A stretch of 64,000 nucleotides of DNA from a virus (taxonomy: Duplodnaviria; Caudoviricetes): positions 32,001-96,000 of the IMG/VR virus record IMGVR_UViG_2645727757_000001. The stretch is one strand, 5' to 3'. This document shows positions 29,072 to 38,468 of this stretch, piece by piece (within the stretch, counting starts at the first letter, position 1; each line of letters begins with the position of its first letter). The translations under genes and the position numbers were made by a program. A model generated the notes under the pieces. That model saw nothing but the letters and a program-made list of their open reading frames with translations. It ran no database searches and had not been told where the DNA came from.

Positions 29072-29397
29072 AATTTTTCATCACCTATAATATCAAAAAT
29101 TATTTTATCACGAATTTCATCAAGCATTTTATCAATTACATATTTCTTAGTAGATTTACTTAATTTATATTCTAATATATAGTTAATATTACAATCTTCT
29201 GCTAGTTCTTTTGATTTTATTCCTATAGGACATTCCGAACAGACATTTAAAAATTCATTGCCAGATACATATTTTGATACTACTTCTAAATCTCCATAAT
29301 CAGTTTTATTATAATCAGCTACATACTGATTTAATTTCTTTTTAGATATATTAAGTTCTTCAGCTGCTCTGTCAATATCAAATAATTTATATGCCAT
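29068..29397 (-). CDS. Hypothetical protein with N-terminal HTH-like segment
   Basis: IDRAAEELNISKKKLNQYV. Confidence 0.55.
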   Translation of the reverse strand: MAYKLFDIDRAAEELNISKKKLNQYVADYNKTDYGDLEVVSKYVSGNEFLNVCSECPIGIKSKELAEDCNINYILEYKLSKSTKKYVIDKMLDEIRDKIIFDIIGDEKL

Positions 29398-29584
29398 TTA
29401 ATCCACCCTCTGGTACTATACAAGTTTTTCTTTCTATATCATTTACAGCTAATCTATTAGCAATCTCAAAAAGAAATGTACCTGCTTCTTCTTTTGCAGT
29501 AGTATATCCATGTAAGTTTTGTTTCCAATAATGAACTGTTCCTGTTGCAATAGTTCTATCTAGATCAACAATTAAATATTTCAT
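29387..29584 (-). CDS. Small phage hypothetical protein
   Basis: 65 aa; YWKQNLHGYTTAKEEAGTF motif. Confidence 0.6.
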   Translation of the reverse strand: MKYLIVDLDRTIATGTVHYWKQNLHGYTTAKEEAGTFLFEIANRLAVNDIERKTCIVPEGGLNGI

Positions 29585-29598
29585 AATATCACTCTCTT

Positions 29599-30162
29599 CT
29601 ATTGTATAGTTTTTACTAAATAATTATCACTAAGTCTTGTGATTCTAAGCATTTCATCATGCGTAAATTCTTTTGCTTCATCAATATTATCAGTAAAATT
29701 ATCTTTATCTTTCATATAATATATAATATTATTTTCTAATTTTATAATATTATATTTAACTCTTAATCTCATTTCTAATTTGTCTAATTCTCTAACTAAA
29801 ATTAATTTTTCTTCTGCATTATGTTTAGAATAATCAATACATTCATCTACTATTTTAAATACTTTACTAAGTTCTTGTGAATAGTTGAAAAGATTTGTTT
29901 TTGACATTTTAATAGTATACATTATCATAAAAGAATAAATTATTATTATTATTATAGATAATATATAGCTTCTTCTGCTTATTTCATAATCATTAATTAA
30001 AGTTAGAATTAAAGATATAACAAACATACCAATACTAAAACTATATCCTAAAAACATAGTTTTTAAACTTTTGTCTTTTTTATAATTGTAATTTTCGTTA
30101 TTACTTACAATACCATGTATTTTATCAATAAATACTAAATCATTTGATTTTTCCACTTTCAA
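29599..30162 (-). CDS. Membrane protein (two transmembrane segments)
   Basis: Two hydrophobic stretches, AGGAG RBS, C-terminal FTDNIDEAKEF motif. Confidence 0.6.
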   Translation of the reverse strand: MKVEKSNDLVFIDKIHGIVSNNENYNYKKDKSLKTMFLGYSFSIGMFVISLILTLINDYEISRRSYILSIIIIIIYSFMIMYTIKMSKTNLFNYSQELSKVFKIVDECIDYSKHNAEEKLILVRELDKLEMRLRVKYNIIKLENNIIYYMKDKDNFTDNIDEAKEFTHDEMLRITRLSDNYLVKTIQ

Positions 30163-30245
30163 AATATGTTATCTCCTTTTTGTAAATTTATTCTACAAAA
30201 TAAATTTTAACATAAATACTTACAAAATAACAATAAATATGTAAA

Positions 30246-30280
30246 ATGAGAAGGTATTATAAATTCAAATACCTTCTCAT
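30246..30280 (-). terminator. Intrinsic terminator
   Basis: ATGAGAAGGTATT...AATACCTTCTCAT stem. Confidence 0.7.
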
Positions 30281-30285
30281 AAAAA

Positions 30286-30498
30286 TTAATCATCAATTTC
30301 AACATGATCTTCATCTATATCAAAACTTGCAGTATTAAAAATTTTAGACATAGAATAATAAGCTTCATCTATAGCCTCATTTTTAGATTTAGCTTTTATT
30401 CTTTTATAGCATTTTACTGGAACTATAAAAGAGTGAACTATATCCTCATTATGTGCTTTAAGTTCTTCATAATCTATCTTTTCAATCATTGTCATCAT
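30286..30498 (-). CDS. Hypothetical protein
   Basis: 70 aa, AAGGA RBS. Confidence 0.55.
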   Translation of the reverse strand: MMTMIEKIDYEELKAHNEDIVHSFIVPVKCYKRIKAKSKNEAIDEAYYSMSKIFNTASFDIDEDHVEIDD

Positions 30499-30967
30499 CC
30501 TTTTCTATAAGTTTGTTTATTTCCACGAAGTTTTTAATAATATCAAATTTTGATTTTTCTAATGAACATTCTTTTATGAGAATATCAATAGGCTTATCAA
30601 AATGTTTCATAGAACCACTATAAACAAGTGAACGATTAGATATATTTTTATAAAGATATATTAATTCATCTTTAGGTATAATAAATATACTTGATACTGT
30701 ACTTTCATTTGCAAATCCTAAATTTTGCGAAATTATTATTTCATCTACGTTATAACATTCTGTTTGGTTGTAATTGCAATTAAAATTATATTCGTATTTA
30801 TTAAATATAGATGATAAATTATCTCTTCTATATAAGTTAGCACTATCATAAGTTGTAAATAATTTTACTTCATCTATAAATAAATTTTGTATAGGATTTG
30901 AAATTACGCTTTCGTATACTGGGAATTTTCTTGATTTTACATATAAATATGCTACGTCATTAGACAT
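30482..30967 (-). CDS. Hypothetical protein
   Basis: 161 aa, GAGG RBS. Confidence 0.6.
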   Translation of the reverse strand: MSNDVAYLYVKSRKFPVYESVISNPIQNLFIDEVKLFTTYDSANLYRRDNLSSIFNKYEYNFNCNYNQTECYNVDEIIISQNLGFANESTVSSIFIIPKDELIYLYKNISNRSLVYSGSMKHFDKPIDILIKECSLEKSKFDIIKNFVEINKLIEKDDDND

Positions 30968-30994
30968 GATTTAATCATTCCTCTCATTTGTTAA

Positions 30995-31597
30995 TTAACA
31001 ACTAGCCCATCCATAGAATAGGTATTTGTGTATAGGTACTATTTTTCTATTAGGTAAGTCTTTTAATTTAGGTTTAGTTTTATATCTTTTTGTTTGTACG
31101 CTTGTATAAGAAATATCTGTATTAGAAGAATTTTTACTGCAATATTCTTTTTTTACTGTACACGTTATTCCATGTTTTAATGAGTAATTTAATGCTTCTT
31201 TGTTAGCTAATTCTTTTTTATCAAAAGAATTTACAAAAGAATCTGTACCACTAGTTCTTACAACGTACTTTAATTTAGCTGCTTTTTGATTCTTATTATT
31301 AACAACCTTTACAGTTCTAACATCGAAGCCTATAACTCCTAAATCAACATATTGAGCTTTCCACTTAATTCCATAGTCTTCATCTTCTTCTATGAATTTC
31401 ATAGCTTTCTTTTCATTTGTTTTACTCCATTTATCAAATTTCATAGTGCAACCTGATAAAGAACAAGTGTTTATGCTACCATTGTAATCTTGAAGTCCAT
31501 AATCATAATTAGCTTCCTCTACAAGTACTCTAAATGCTTTTTTAGCACTTTCACTTTCTATTTCGTGTAAAAAATTTGTTGCTCCCATTGTCATCAT
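30995..31597 (-). CDS. Conserved phage hypothetical protein
   Basis: 200 aa; GATNF...YNGSINT...YLFYGWASC. Confidence 0.65.
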   Translation of the reverse strand: MMTMGATNFLHEIESESAKKAFRVLVEEANYDYGLQDYNGSINTCSLSGCTMKFDKWSKTNEKKAMKFIEEDEDYGIKWKAQYVDLGVIGFDVRTVKVVNNKNQKAAKLKYVVRTSGTDSFVNSFDKKELANKEALNYSLKHGITCTVKKEYCSKNSSNTDISYTSVQTKRYKTKPKLKDLPNRKIVPIHKYLFYGWASC

Positions 31598-31696
31598 CCT
31601 TTCTCATTTTATAATCTTATGTTAATTATTTTCTATATAAAAAAAGACAGAAACAAATCTGTCTTTAGTGTCAAAAAATATACTATATATCGGTAA

Positions 31697-32260
31697 TTAT
31701 TTTTGCAACTTGTTTAGTTGCTTATTTAATCTTTTAATTTCTTTGTCTTTTAATTCATTATCAAGAACATAGCTTTTATACAATGTTACAAGGCTTGATA
31801 AATCATCAAAATCTATGACAGTATAAATATTACTATCACCTTTAAATCTGAATGGTAAACACATAAATTTTGATGTATTAATGCATTCAGATTTAGCTTT
31901 TTCAATCCAGCTCTTGTGGATAGTTAAAGATTTTTCACCACTTTTTAGTAAAGTACCTATTCTTTCTTTACATTCGGGGTGTAGGACTGTATCTTTAATA
32001 TCGCCCTGCTCGAACCATAGGCCACCGCTGCGCCTTGTACGCCTTGCTTCATTTACGGTTGGGATGCAGTTTAATTTATCAGCTACATCCTGTTCTAACT
32101 TTTTCCATGACTTTTCATCATTATTATCCTTAAAAGAATTCAGATTACGTTTTTTCATGCTTTTTAATTTCTTATCAATAGGTAACTTCAATAAGCTATT
32201 ATCAAAGCATCTATAACATTTTTCTGAATTTAAACATGAGGAATAATATTCACAATCCAT
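31697..32260 (-). CDS. Hjc-like PD-(D/E)XK nuclease/resolvase
   Basis: WKKLEQDVA...SGG...GDI...HPECKER...WIEKAKSE...PFRF, plus an N-terminal Cys cluster. Confidence 0.6.
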   Translation of the reverse strand: MDCEYYSSCLNSEKCYRCFDNSLLKLPIDKKLKSMKKRNLNSFKDNNDEKSWKKLEQDVADKLNCIPTVNEARRTRRSGGLWFEQGDIKDTVLHPECKERIGTLLKSGEKSLTIHKSWIEKAKSECINTSKFMCLPFRFKGDSNIYTVIDFDDLSSLVTLYKSYVLDNELKDKEIKRLNKQLNKLQK

Positions 32261-32769
32261 TAGCTTCTAATATTACCTTCCAATTTAAGCATAGCATTGT
32301 CAGCTATAAGTGCTGTTTTCTTTTCGCTTAATAGCTTAACAACAGCATCTATAAATGTACACCTATTTTCGGCTAATAAAACTAATGTATATATATCATA
32401 ATCCTGATCTTCATAAGGAGTATATCTTAGATAATTAGTAACATGGCATTTTATATCATCTGTAGTAACCTTCGCCATAGGAATAGGACCTAAAGCTTTT
32501 TCTTTAAAATTCTTTTCTTTTATGTTTATATGCAACTCTTTTTCGGATAACATTAGCTTATTTTTAAGAATATTTAAATCCTTTTTTAAATAAGCCTGTT
32601 CAATAATAGCCTCACCTAATATGGTGTCTATTTCACTAGTTAACCTCATAATAGTTCTTTCATCTGGTTGTGGTGGGATTAAGATTTTAGAACACTCCTT
32701 TATATAGTATTCTTCTTTCTCTTCCCATTCTTCATTACTATAATTAGAATTAACATATAGCATACTCAT
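32260..32769 (-). CDS. Hypothetical helical protein
   Basis: 169 aa, translationally coupled to its neighbours. Confidence 0.6.
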   Translation of the reverse strand: MSMLYVNSNYSNEEWEEKEEYYIKECSKILIPPQPDERTIMRLTSEIDTILGEAIIEQAYLKKDLNILKNKLMLSEKELHINIKEKNFKEKALGPIPMAKVTTDDIKCHVTNYLRYTPYEDQDYDIYTLVLLAENRCTFIDAVVKLLSEKKTALIADNAMLKLEGNIRS

Positions 32770-33438
32770 TTATTTACTACCTTCTTTCAGATCATTTATA
32801 TAATTCTTAACTGATTTATATATACAATTAGATATATAATCAATATTTTGACAAGCATCTATTGTTATATATAATCTATTAGAATCGTCAAGCATAGGAA
32901 TCATTTTATATGAGTTTCTAATTCTTGACATAAATTTAAAATTTGATTCAAAAGAATCTAAATCTTTTTTTCTTTTTACAACTTCCGTAGCTGGAAGATC
33001 CAAAATAAATGTCATATTTGGTTTTGGTAAATCTTTTTGAAGTTCCTTTATGAATCTGTAAGCTTCATCAAAATTTTCTTTACTAGCCATATAGTACGCT
33101 AAAGTAGACATTTCGTATCTATCTATTAATAGAACATCATAATTCTTAATAATGTTATCAAATTCTTTATTCAGCGTTATTTGCTTACTCTGAATTGTAT
33201 CATCCAAAAAGAATCTTAATTGATCTAAAATATATAGATGCTGAATGAAATTTTTATCGCCTAAATGTAGCTTTTCTTTAATTAATAAACCTTCTTTAGA
33301 ATCATAATTAGGAAAATGAATAGATTTTACTCTTATTCCATCAAGTTTTAATCTCATTTCAAGAGCTTTGATTTGAGATGATTTACCACTTGTATCAAGA
33401 CCTTCAAAAGATATTATAAGTAGACTATTTTTATCCAT
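32770..33438 (-). CDS. tmk: Thymidylate kinase
   Basis: FEGLDTSGKSSQ P-loop, DRY motif and LPKPNMTFILD. Confidence 0.9.
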   Translation of the reverse strand: MDKNSLLIISFEGLDTSGKSSQIKALEMRLKLDGIRVKSIHFPNYDSKEGLLIKEKLHLGDKNFIQHLYILDQLRFFLDDTIQSKQITLNKEFDNIIKNYDVLLIDRYEMSTLAYYMASKENFDEAYRFIKELQKDLPKPNMTFILDLPATEVVKRKKDLDSFESNFKFMSRIRNSYKMIPMLDDSNRLYITIDACQNIDYISNCIYKSVKNYINDLKEGSK

Positions 33439-33439
33439 G

Positions 33440-33958
33440 TTATTCCCCTTCTAGTAATTTTCTGTACTTACTTAATACCTCTTCGGAATTGTAATAATTT
33501 TTGTCTTCCTTAGAACGAGCAATATCATCTGAAATATCTAAAAAATATAGTACTTTGGGGATTGTCACATTATTTTTTTTGAATGATATAACTCTTTCTG
33601 GATTCAAAAGTTCTAATTCCTTTTTTAATATAATGTTATCAAGTATATTATTATCGGTTTTGGTGTGAAAAGTAACATAATAATCGCTTAGGTTTTTACC
33701 TAAAGAATTAATAACATTAGTAAAGAAATTTAATCTTTCAGAATCTTTTTCAGAATCAAAAATTATTACTATACTAGATAATACATTTCCATATCCTATT
33801 GTTATAATAGAATCTGTTTTTGTTCTAGCATATTCCCAAAGATCATATAAGCAGCAACTTCTATTATATAAAAGCCATGCAGTATTTTTATCTACTTCAT
33901 GCCTGTTTATATGCTTTTTGAAAATTTTATTTGCTTCTAAATTTTTGTTTCTATACAT
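33440..33958 (-). CDS. Degenerate uracil-DNA glycosylase (family 4)-like protein
   Basis: IGYGN...SIVIIF, YYVT and ELELLNPERVISF echo UDG4 scaffold motifs, but GEAPG and HP are absent. Confidence 0.4.
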   Translation of the reverse strand: MYRNKNLEANKIFKKHINRHEVDKNTAWLLYNRSCCLYDLWEYARTKTDSIITIGYGNVLSSIVIIFDSEKDSERLNFFTNVINSLGKNLSDYYVTFHTKTDNNILDNIILKKELELLNPERVISFKKNNVTIPKVLYFLDISDDIARSKEDKNYYNSEEVLSKYRKLLEGE

Positions 33959-34020
33959 AATTAAATTATAAATAACCTTTCTTTAATGTATTATTTATAG
34001 ATTAATAGTATGTTTAAATA

Positions 34021-34503
34021 TTATAATTTATATGAATACTTACAGTTACACAGGTCAAACTGTGATTCTGGAGCATTATGTGCATTTAATACATTATATA
34101 ATTTACATTCTCTCCAGGATGTTTTACATCCATTGCAACGTATATCCATTATTTCCTCTGCAAAATCGCAGAATGTGTCATAATCCATATATACCTTACT
34201 TTCGGCTTCTATTCTTCTCTTTTCAAGTTGATTTAATTGATGAATGTCATAGATACATATTGTATTATTATCTATCTTATTATTTATTTTCTTCAATTCT
34301 TTTTGGTCAAGATTATCAAATACAGTTTGAATAACTTCATTTATTGAAATTTTCGCCTCACTAAGCTTAGTTATCGCATCATTAGTTAAAATTTTTCTTT
34401 TACCCCATTCATTTATAATTTCATGTAGGTTATTATTTAAAGCTGTAAGGAACATTATTTGCATAGATTCACTAGAATTTAAATAATTTTTTCTGTACTT
34501 CAT
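34021..34503 (-). CDS. Conserved Firmicutes phage protein (DUF5651-like, Cys-rich C-terminus)
   Basis: KNYLNSSE...CNGC...CKLY...C. Confidence 0.6.
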   Translation of the reverse strand: MKYRKNYLNSSESMQIMFLTALNNNLHEIINEWGKRKILTNDAITKLSEAKISINEVIQTVFDNLDQKELKKINNKIDNNTICIYDIHQLNQLEKRRIEAESKVYMDYDTFCDFAEEIMDIRCNGCKTSWRECKLYNVLNAHNAPESQFDLCNCKYSYKL

Positions 34504-34583
34504 CTAAAAAACCACCTTTTTGCTATTTTTATTAATATTAGTATAATTTTACCATATTTATTTAGATAAGTAAAAGTAAAAAA

Positions 34584-34615
34584 AAGTTCTGATTTAAAAT
34601 TTTAAATCAGAACTT
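34584..34615 (-). terminator. Palindromic terminator
   Basis: 32-bp perfect palindrome AAGTTCTGATTTAAAATTTTAAATCAGAACTT with an A-run to its left. Confidence 0.7.
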
Positions 34616-34619
34616 ATTT

Positions 34620-35702
34620 TTATATTGCAACACCTTTTTCTCTTAACCTATATATTTTAGAATGTATATTAGAAGTACATCTATTTAAATTTTTTGCTAT
34701 TATAACTATATCAACTTTTTCTTTCAATGAACTAATAAGATACTCTTCTTCTTTTTCAGTCCACTTCGTTCTTTTCTTTTGTACTATAAAAGAAGTATCT
34801 AGACCTAGCTCCCTAGCTTTAGCAAGAATAGCTCTATCTGTTCTATCAAAATCATTAGAAAGTTGTAATAAAGTATATCTTCCACTATAAATTTTACTTC
34901 TTAATAGTAATTCTTCGTTTTTAGTCCAGTTAAGCTTCTCTCTTGATTTAACAGGTTTTTCAAAGTCAATACGTCTTTTTTCCTTAACCCAATCTGGCTC
35001 TTCTCCTAAAGAAAACTCTTTAAATCTAGCAAAATTAAAAAAATTTTTATTTTTTTCGGCCCATACCCAAAATTTATTTAATTTAACATAATAAAAATTT
35101 TTACGTTTTGATTTTCTTGTTACAATAGGAAAACCATTTTTGACTAGTCTATTGAAAAGACCTCTTCCGTATTTTCCATTATACCCTAATGCTATTAATA
35201 GCTCTTTTAATCTTAATTCTTCTCTTGCTTCTGTAAAAGAACCTAAGCCAAGTTTTATGGCTTTGCTTCTAACTGATAATTCTGTTCTACCTAATTTTCT
35301 GCATATAGTCAAAACAGAAGTAGCACCCCATTTTGCTTCTAAATATTCTACCTCTTCATTTGTCCACATATTCTTTGCAGACATATAGTTTAACCCAAGT
35401 CTATTGGCTTTGTTTCTTATAGCTATATCAGTTCTATCTAGTTCTTCCGCTATATCTAAAGTTGGCATCTTTTCGCAATTTTTACGCAAGTATTCAACTT
35501 CTTCATCAGTCCAAGGTCTACTTATTAATGAACAGTTTAAATTAAGCAAAAAAGCTTTTCTTCTTATTGCTTCTGGGGTTCTATTTAATTTTTTAGCAAT
35601 TTTACCTACAGATACTAACCCACAATTATCTTGTAAATATTTAATCTCTTCATCAGTCCAGAATCTTCTTTTATTATTTTTCTCACAATACCCTTTAACC
35701 AT
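34620..35702 (-). CDS. Myb/SANT-like HTH repeat DNA-binding protein
   Basis: Five W-T-x-x-E-x-x-x-L...(L/F)-x-R-(T/C) repeats. Confidence 0.7.
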   Translation of the reverse strand: MVKGYCEKNNKRRFWTDEEIKYLQDNCGLVSVGKIAKKLNRTPEAIRRKAFLLNLNCSLISRPWTDEEVEYLRKNCEKMPTLDIAEELDRTDIAIRNKANRLGLNYMSAKNMWTNEEVEYLEAKWGATSVLTICRKLGRTELSVRSKAIKLGLGSFTEAREELRLKELLIALGYNGKYGRGLFNRLVKNGFPIVTRKSKRKNFYYVKLNKFWVWAEKNKNFFNFARFKEFSLGEEPDWVKEKRRIDFEKPVKSREKLNWTKNEELLLRSKIYSGRYTLLQLSNDFDRTDRAILAKARELGLDTSFIVQKKRTKWTEKEEEYLISSLKEKVDIVIIAKNLNRCTSNIHSKIYRLREKGVAI

Positions 35703-35713
35703 TTAAGATAAAA

Positions 35714-35992
35714 TTATTTGTTTACTTTTTCTTTAAATGATTTTCCTGGTTTAAAGAATGGAGTATTACAAGCTTCTATTTTTATCACTTCTTTAGTTCT
35801 AGGATTTCTACCTTCTCTTGCAGCTCTTTCTCTAACGCCAAATGATCCAAACCCTATTAAGTTTACAGTTTCGCCTTGCTCTAAAGCTTTTTCTATAGAA
35901 TCAGTAAATATTTTTATAATATTTTCAGCTTCCTTTTTAGTAATCTCTTTATTGTTTTCTGTTATAAAATCTACAAATTGTCCTTTATTCAT
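35714..35992 (-). CDS. hup: HU nucleoid protein
   Basis: MNK...GFGSF...RAAREGRNPRT...PFFKPGK. Confidence 0.95.
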   Translation of the reverse strand: MNKGQFVDFITENNKEITKKEAENIIKIFTDSIEKALEQGETVNLIGFGSFGVRERAAREGRNPRTKEVIKIEACNTPFFKPGKSFKEKVNK

Positions 35993-36045
35993 TTAAAACA
36001 CACCTTTCAATATAGTATAAACCCTGATATATAGGGCTTAATGCT

Positions 36046-36075
36046 ATTTTAGGATATATTATATAAAGGTGTCAA
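36046..36075 (-). promoter_or_regulatory. Sigma-A-type promoter upstream of hup
   Basis: TTGACA-18-TAAAAT on the minus strand. Confidence 0.55.
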
Positions 36076-36119
36076 TAATTTTATTACATTTTTAAACATA
36101 ATTGTTTTTTTATGATAAT

Positions 36120-36326
36120 TTAATTTTTTCTTTTCTTAATTAAATCATAACTTGAATCAGTTTTATTTATTTTTATAGTTACATTCATATAATTATCATC
36201 ACTATTATCTGTTGCAAGTGAAGAAACTACTAAATCAAGATATTCATTTAGTTCCTTCTCTGTTCTGCCTTTATATCCTGTAATTGTTATTTTATATTCG
36301 TTTGTTACTATTGTTTGTTTATTCAT
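36120..36326 (-). CDS. Hypothetical protein
   Basis: 68 aa, AAGGAG RBS. Confidence 0.6.
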   Translation of the reverse strand: MNKQTIVTNEYKITITGYKGRTEKELNEYLDLVVSSLATDNSDDNYMNVTIKINKTDSSYDLIKKRKN

Positions 36327-36394
36327 TATTTTAACTCCTTATAAATTATTGATATGTATAAAACCCAGGATAATAGTTCCCCTGGGTTATTTAA

Positions 36395-36697
36395 TTATTT
36401 ATACTCACATGAAAAAGCAACTGCTAATGTTTTTTCGTCTATACTAATAACACCATATTCTTTATATCTATAAGCATAATAAGTTTCTATTAATTGATCC
36501 ATAACACATTCAACTTTGCTTTTAAATGTAATATTTGAATTTTTAACTTTATCAATCCAGTATTCAGTATTTGATTTGTAATTTTTATCAATAAGATAGT
36601 CTTCTCCATTTTCTCCACTAGCATCAGCATCAAATGAAGCTATATAATCTATCATATCTTTTTCCCAAGTATCTAAATTTATTATTTTCATTTCCAT
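36395..36697 (-). CDS. Hypothetical acidic protein
   Basis: 100-aa ORF followed by a hairpin at 36362-36388. Confidence 0.55.
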   Translation of the reverse strand: MEMKIINLDTWEKDMIDYIASFDADASGENGEDYLIDKNYKSNTEYWIDKVKNSNITFKSKVECVMDQLIETYYAYRYKEYGVISIDEKTLAVAFSCEYK

Positions 36698-36733
36698 TTT
36701 ATCAACGCCACACTTTCTTCCATATAATACTAA

Positions 36734-37585
36734 TTATATATTAGATACATTCTCTAGTATATAGTCACAAGCTTTTTGAGATTGTTGAGCTGCTGAAACT
36801 ATTACGTTTCCACCTTCTTTTTTGATATAGGAATACCATCCTTTTAGGTAGCTAATAGAGTTATTGTCGCAATTAGAATCATTAACATTTAAATATGCTC
36901 TAAGAATACAACTTCCTATTTCAGCAACCAATTCTTCTTTACTATATTCAGTATCTCCAAATCTAGTTCCTTTAGTTAATCTATCTAGCCTATCTTTATG
37001 ACCTGTTGAATGTACCATTTCGTGAAAAGCTGTTGCATAAAATCCATTCAAAGAATTAAATTCTCCTTTTGTTGGTAAAGTAATACTATCACTTGTTGGA
37101 GAATAAAAAGCTCTATTTACTCCTTCCCTATACAGAATAGGACAAATTGAACTATATTTATCAATTACATTATTTGCTTCTAATATTTCATCTTCTTCAA
37201 ATTCATTTATATCTACATCAAAGTCAATACCTTCAATATCTGATTGATGAAATACTTTATAATATCTAAATATAGGAACAGTCTTTACTTCATCTGGATT
37301 TTCTTCATCTTCAACTTCGTTGAACTTCCAGAAAAAAACAGGAAATCCTTTTGATCCTTTTCTTATTTTACCTTTCTTATCCTTAATTTGATTGAAAGTC
37401 ATATAATAGCCACCGAAAGGTAGTGTAACTAAATTAATTCCATTATATCTTTTTTTAGATACAAAGTTATAAGGGAAAGTCATTCCATTCCAAGGCTTAA
37501 CCCATTGGAAAGGCTCGTTATTTTTAATAGCTTCATTTAATTTATCAAGTATTGTACTTTTAACTATATCAAATACTTTGTTCAT
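36734..37585 (-). CDS. ardC: ArdC-family antirestriction / ssDNA-binding protein with zincin-like domain
   Basis: WVKPW, YNGIN, RKGSKG, AFYSP..D.I.LP, FHEMVHSTGH, YSKEELVAEIGS. Confidence 0.9.
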   Translation of the reverse strand: MNKVFDIVKSTILDKLNEAIKNNEPFQWVKPWNGMTFPYNFVSKKRYNGINLVTLPFGGYYMTFNQIKDKKGKIRKGSKGFPVFFWKFNEVEDEENPDEVKTVPIFRYYKVFHQSDIEGIDFDVDINEFEEDEILEANNVIDKYSSICPILYREGVNRAFYSPTSDSITLPTKGEFNSLNGFYATAFHEMVHSTGHKDRLDRLTKGTRFGDTEYSKEELVAEIGSCILRAYLNVNDSNCDNNSISYLKGWYSYIKKEGGNVIVSAAQQSQKACDYILENVSNI

Positions 37586-37610
37586 TACACGTTCCTCCTT
37601 AGTAAATAAA

Positions 37611-37640
37611 AAAGGAATATGCAGTTTTGCATATTCCTTT
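37611..37640 (-). terminator. Intrinsic terminator
   Basis: AAAGGAATATGCA-gttt-TGCATATTCCTTT. Confidence 0.7.
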
Positions 37641-37660
37641 AATATATATTTTAATTATTA

Positions 37661-38416
37661 TTATTCTATAATCTTGTCAACTACTTCAAAATATTCAGTT
37701 GAATCTATTCCAAAAGGAGATTCACTTAATTCATAATCATTTATATCACCATTTATAAAAGAATTTATTTCTTTTTCAGTACTTATTATAATTTGATTTC
37801 TATAAATTAAGGTTCTTTCTCCTTCATAAATTGGATATTTTTCTGTAATCTCATTTGTTCCAATTTTATATTTTATAAGTGTTTTTACCTGTTTAGGTCC
37901 TAATGCTGCTTTAGGTTTTTCCAAGATAGTGATACAATCTAATTTATATTGCTTAATTTCCTTCTCCACGATAGATTTAGGTATATTACTTAGTTTTAGT
38001 TCTATTCCTTCAATATCTCCTATTCGTGGATTTGCTCTTGAACCACCTCTACTTTCAAAGTTTCCATTAGTTACTATACAATTGTTAACCATTTTAACAT
38101 TACTATCTCTTGCTGGTCTTCTAACAACACTTACATTAAATATATCTATCTCGTCATCAATTCCATTTGGGTATTTTGCTTCAACATATTTTTTCAAATC
38201 AATCAGCATATCTACCCTTTCAATTTCATTAGTTCCATCTTCACCGAAAATATCTCTTAATGCTTTTAAAACATATTCTTTATTTTCAAGTTTAAATTTC
38301 CACTCACTTCCAGTCCAATTACCGTTAAGACTTCTTGCTTTTTTTATAAAAGGATAGGAATAATCAGTTAATGTATATAAATATCCATTTTCTTCTCTAG
38401 TTTTTACCATTTCCAA
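37661..38416 (-). CDS. Hypothetical protein
   Basis: 251 aa, GGAGG RBS, FIKKARSLNGNW motif. Confidence 0.6.
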   Translation of the reverse strand: MEMVKTREENGYLYTLTDYSYPFIKKARSLNGNWTGSEWKFKLENKEYVLKALRDIFGEDGTNEIERVDMLIDLKKYVEAKYPNGIDDEIDIFNVSVVRRPARDSNVKMVNNCIVTNGNFESRGGSRANPRIGDIEGIELKLSNIPKSIVEKEIKQYKLDCITILEKPKAALGPKQVKTLIKYKIGTNEITEKYPIYEGERTLIYRNQIIISTEKEINSFINGDINDYELSESPFGIDSTEYFEVVDKIIE

Positions 38417-38468
38417 AAACCTCCTCTTACCTCCACATCTAATATAAAGTTTGAAATAGGCATTAAAC

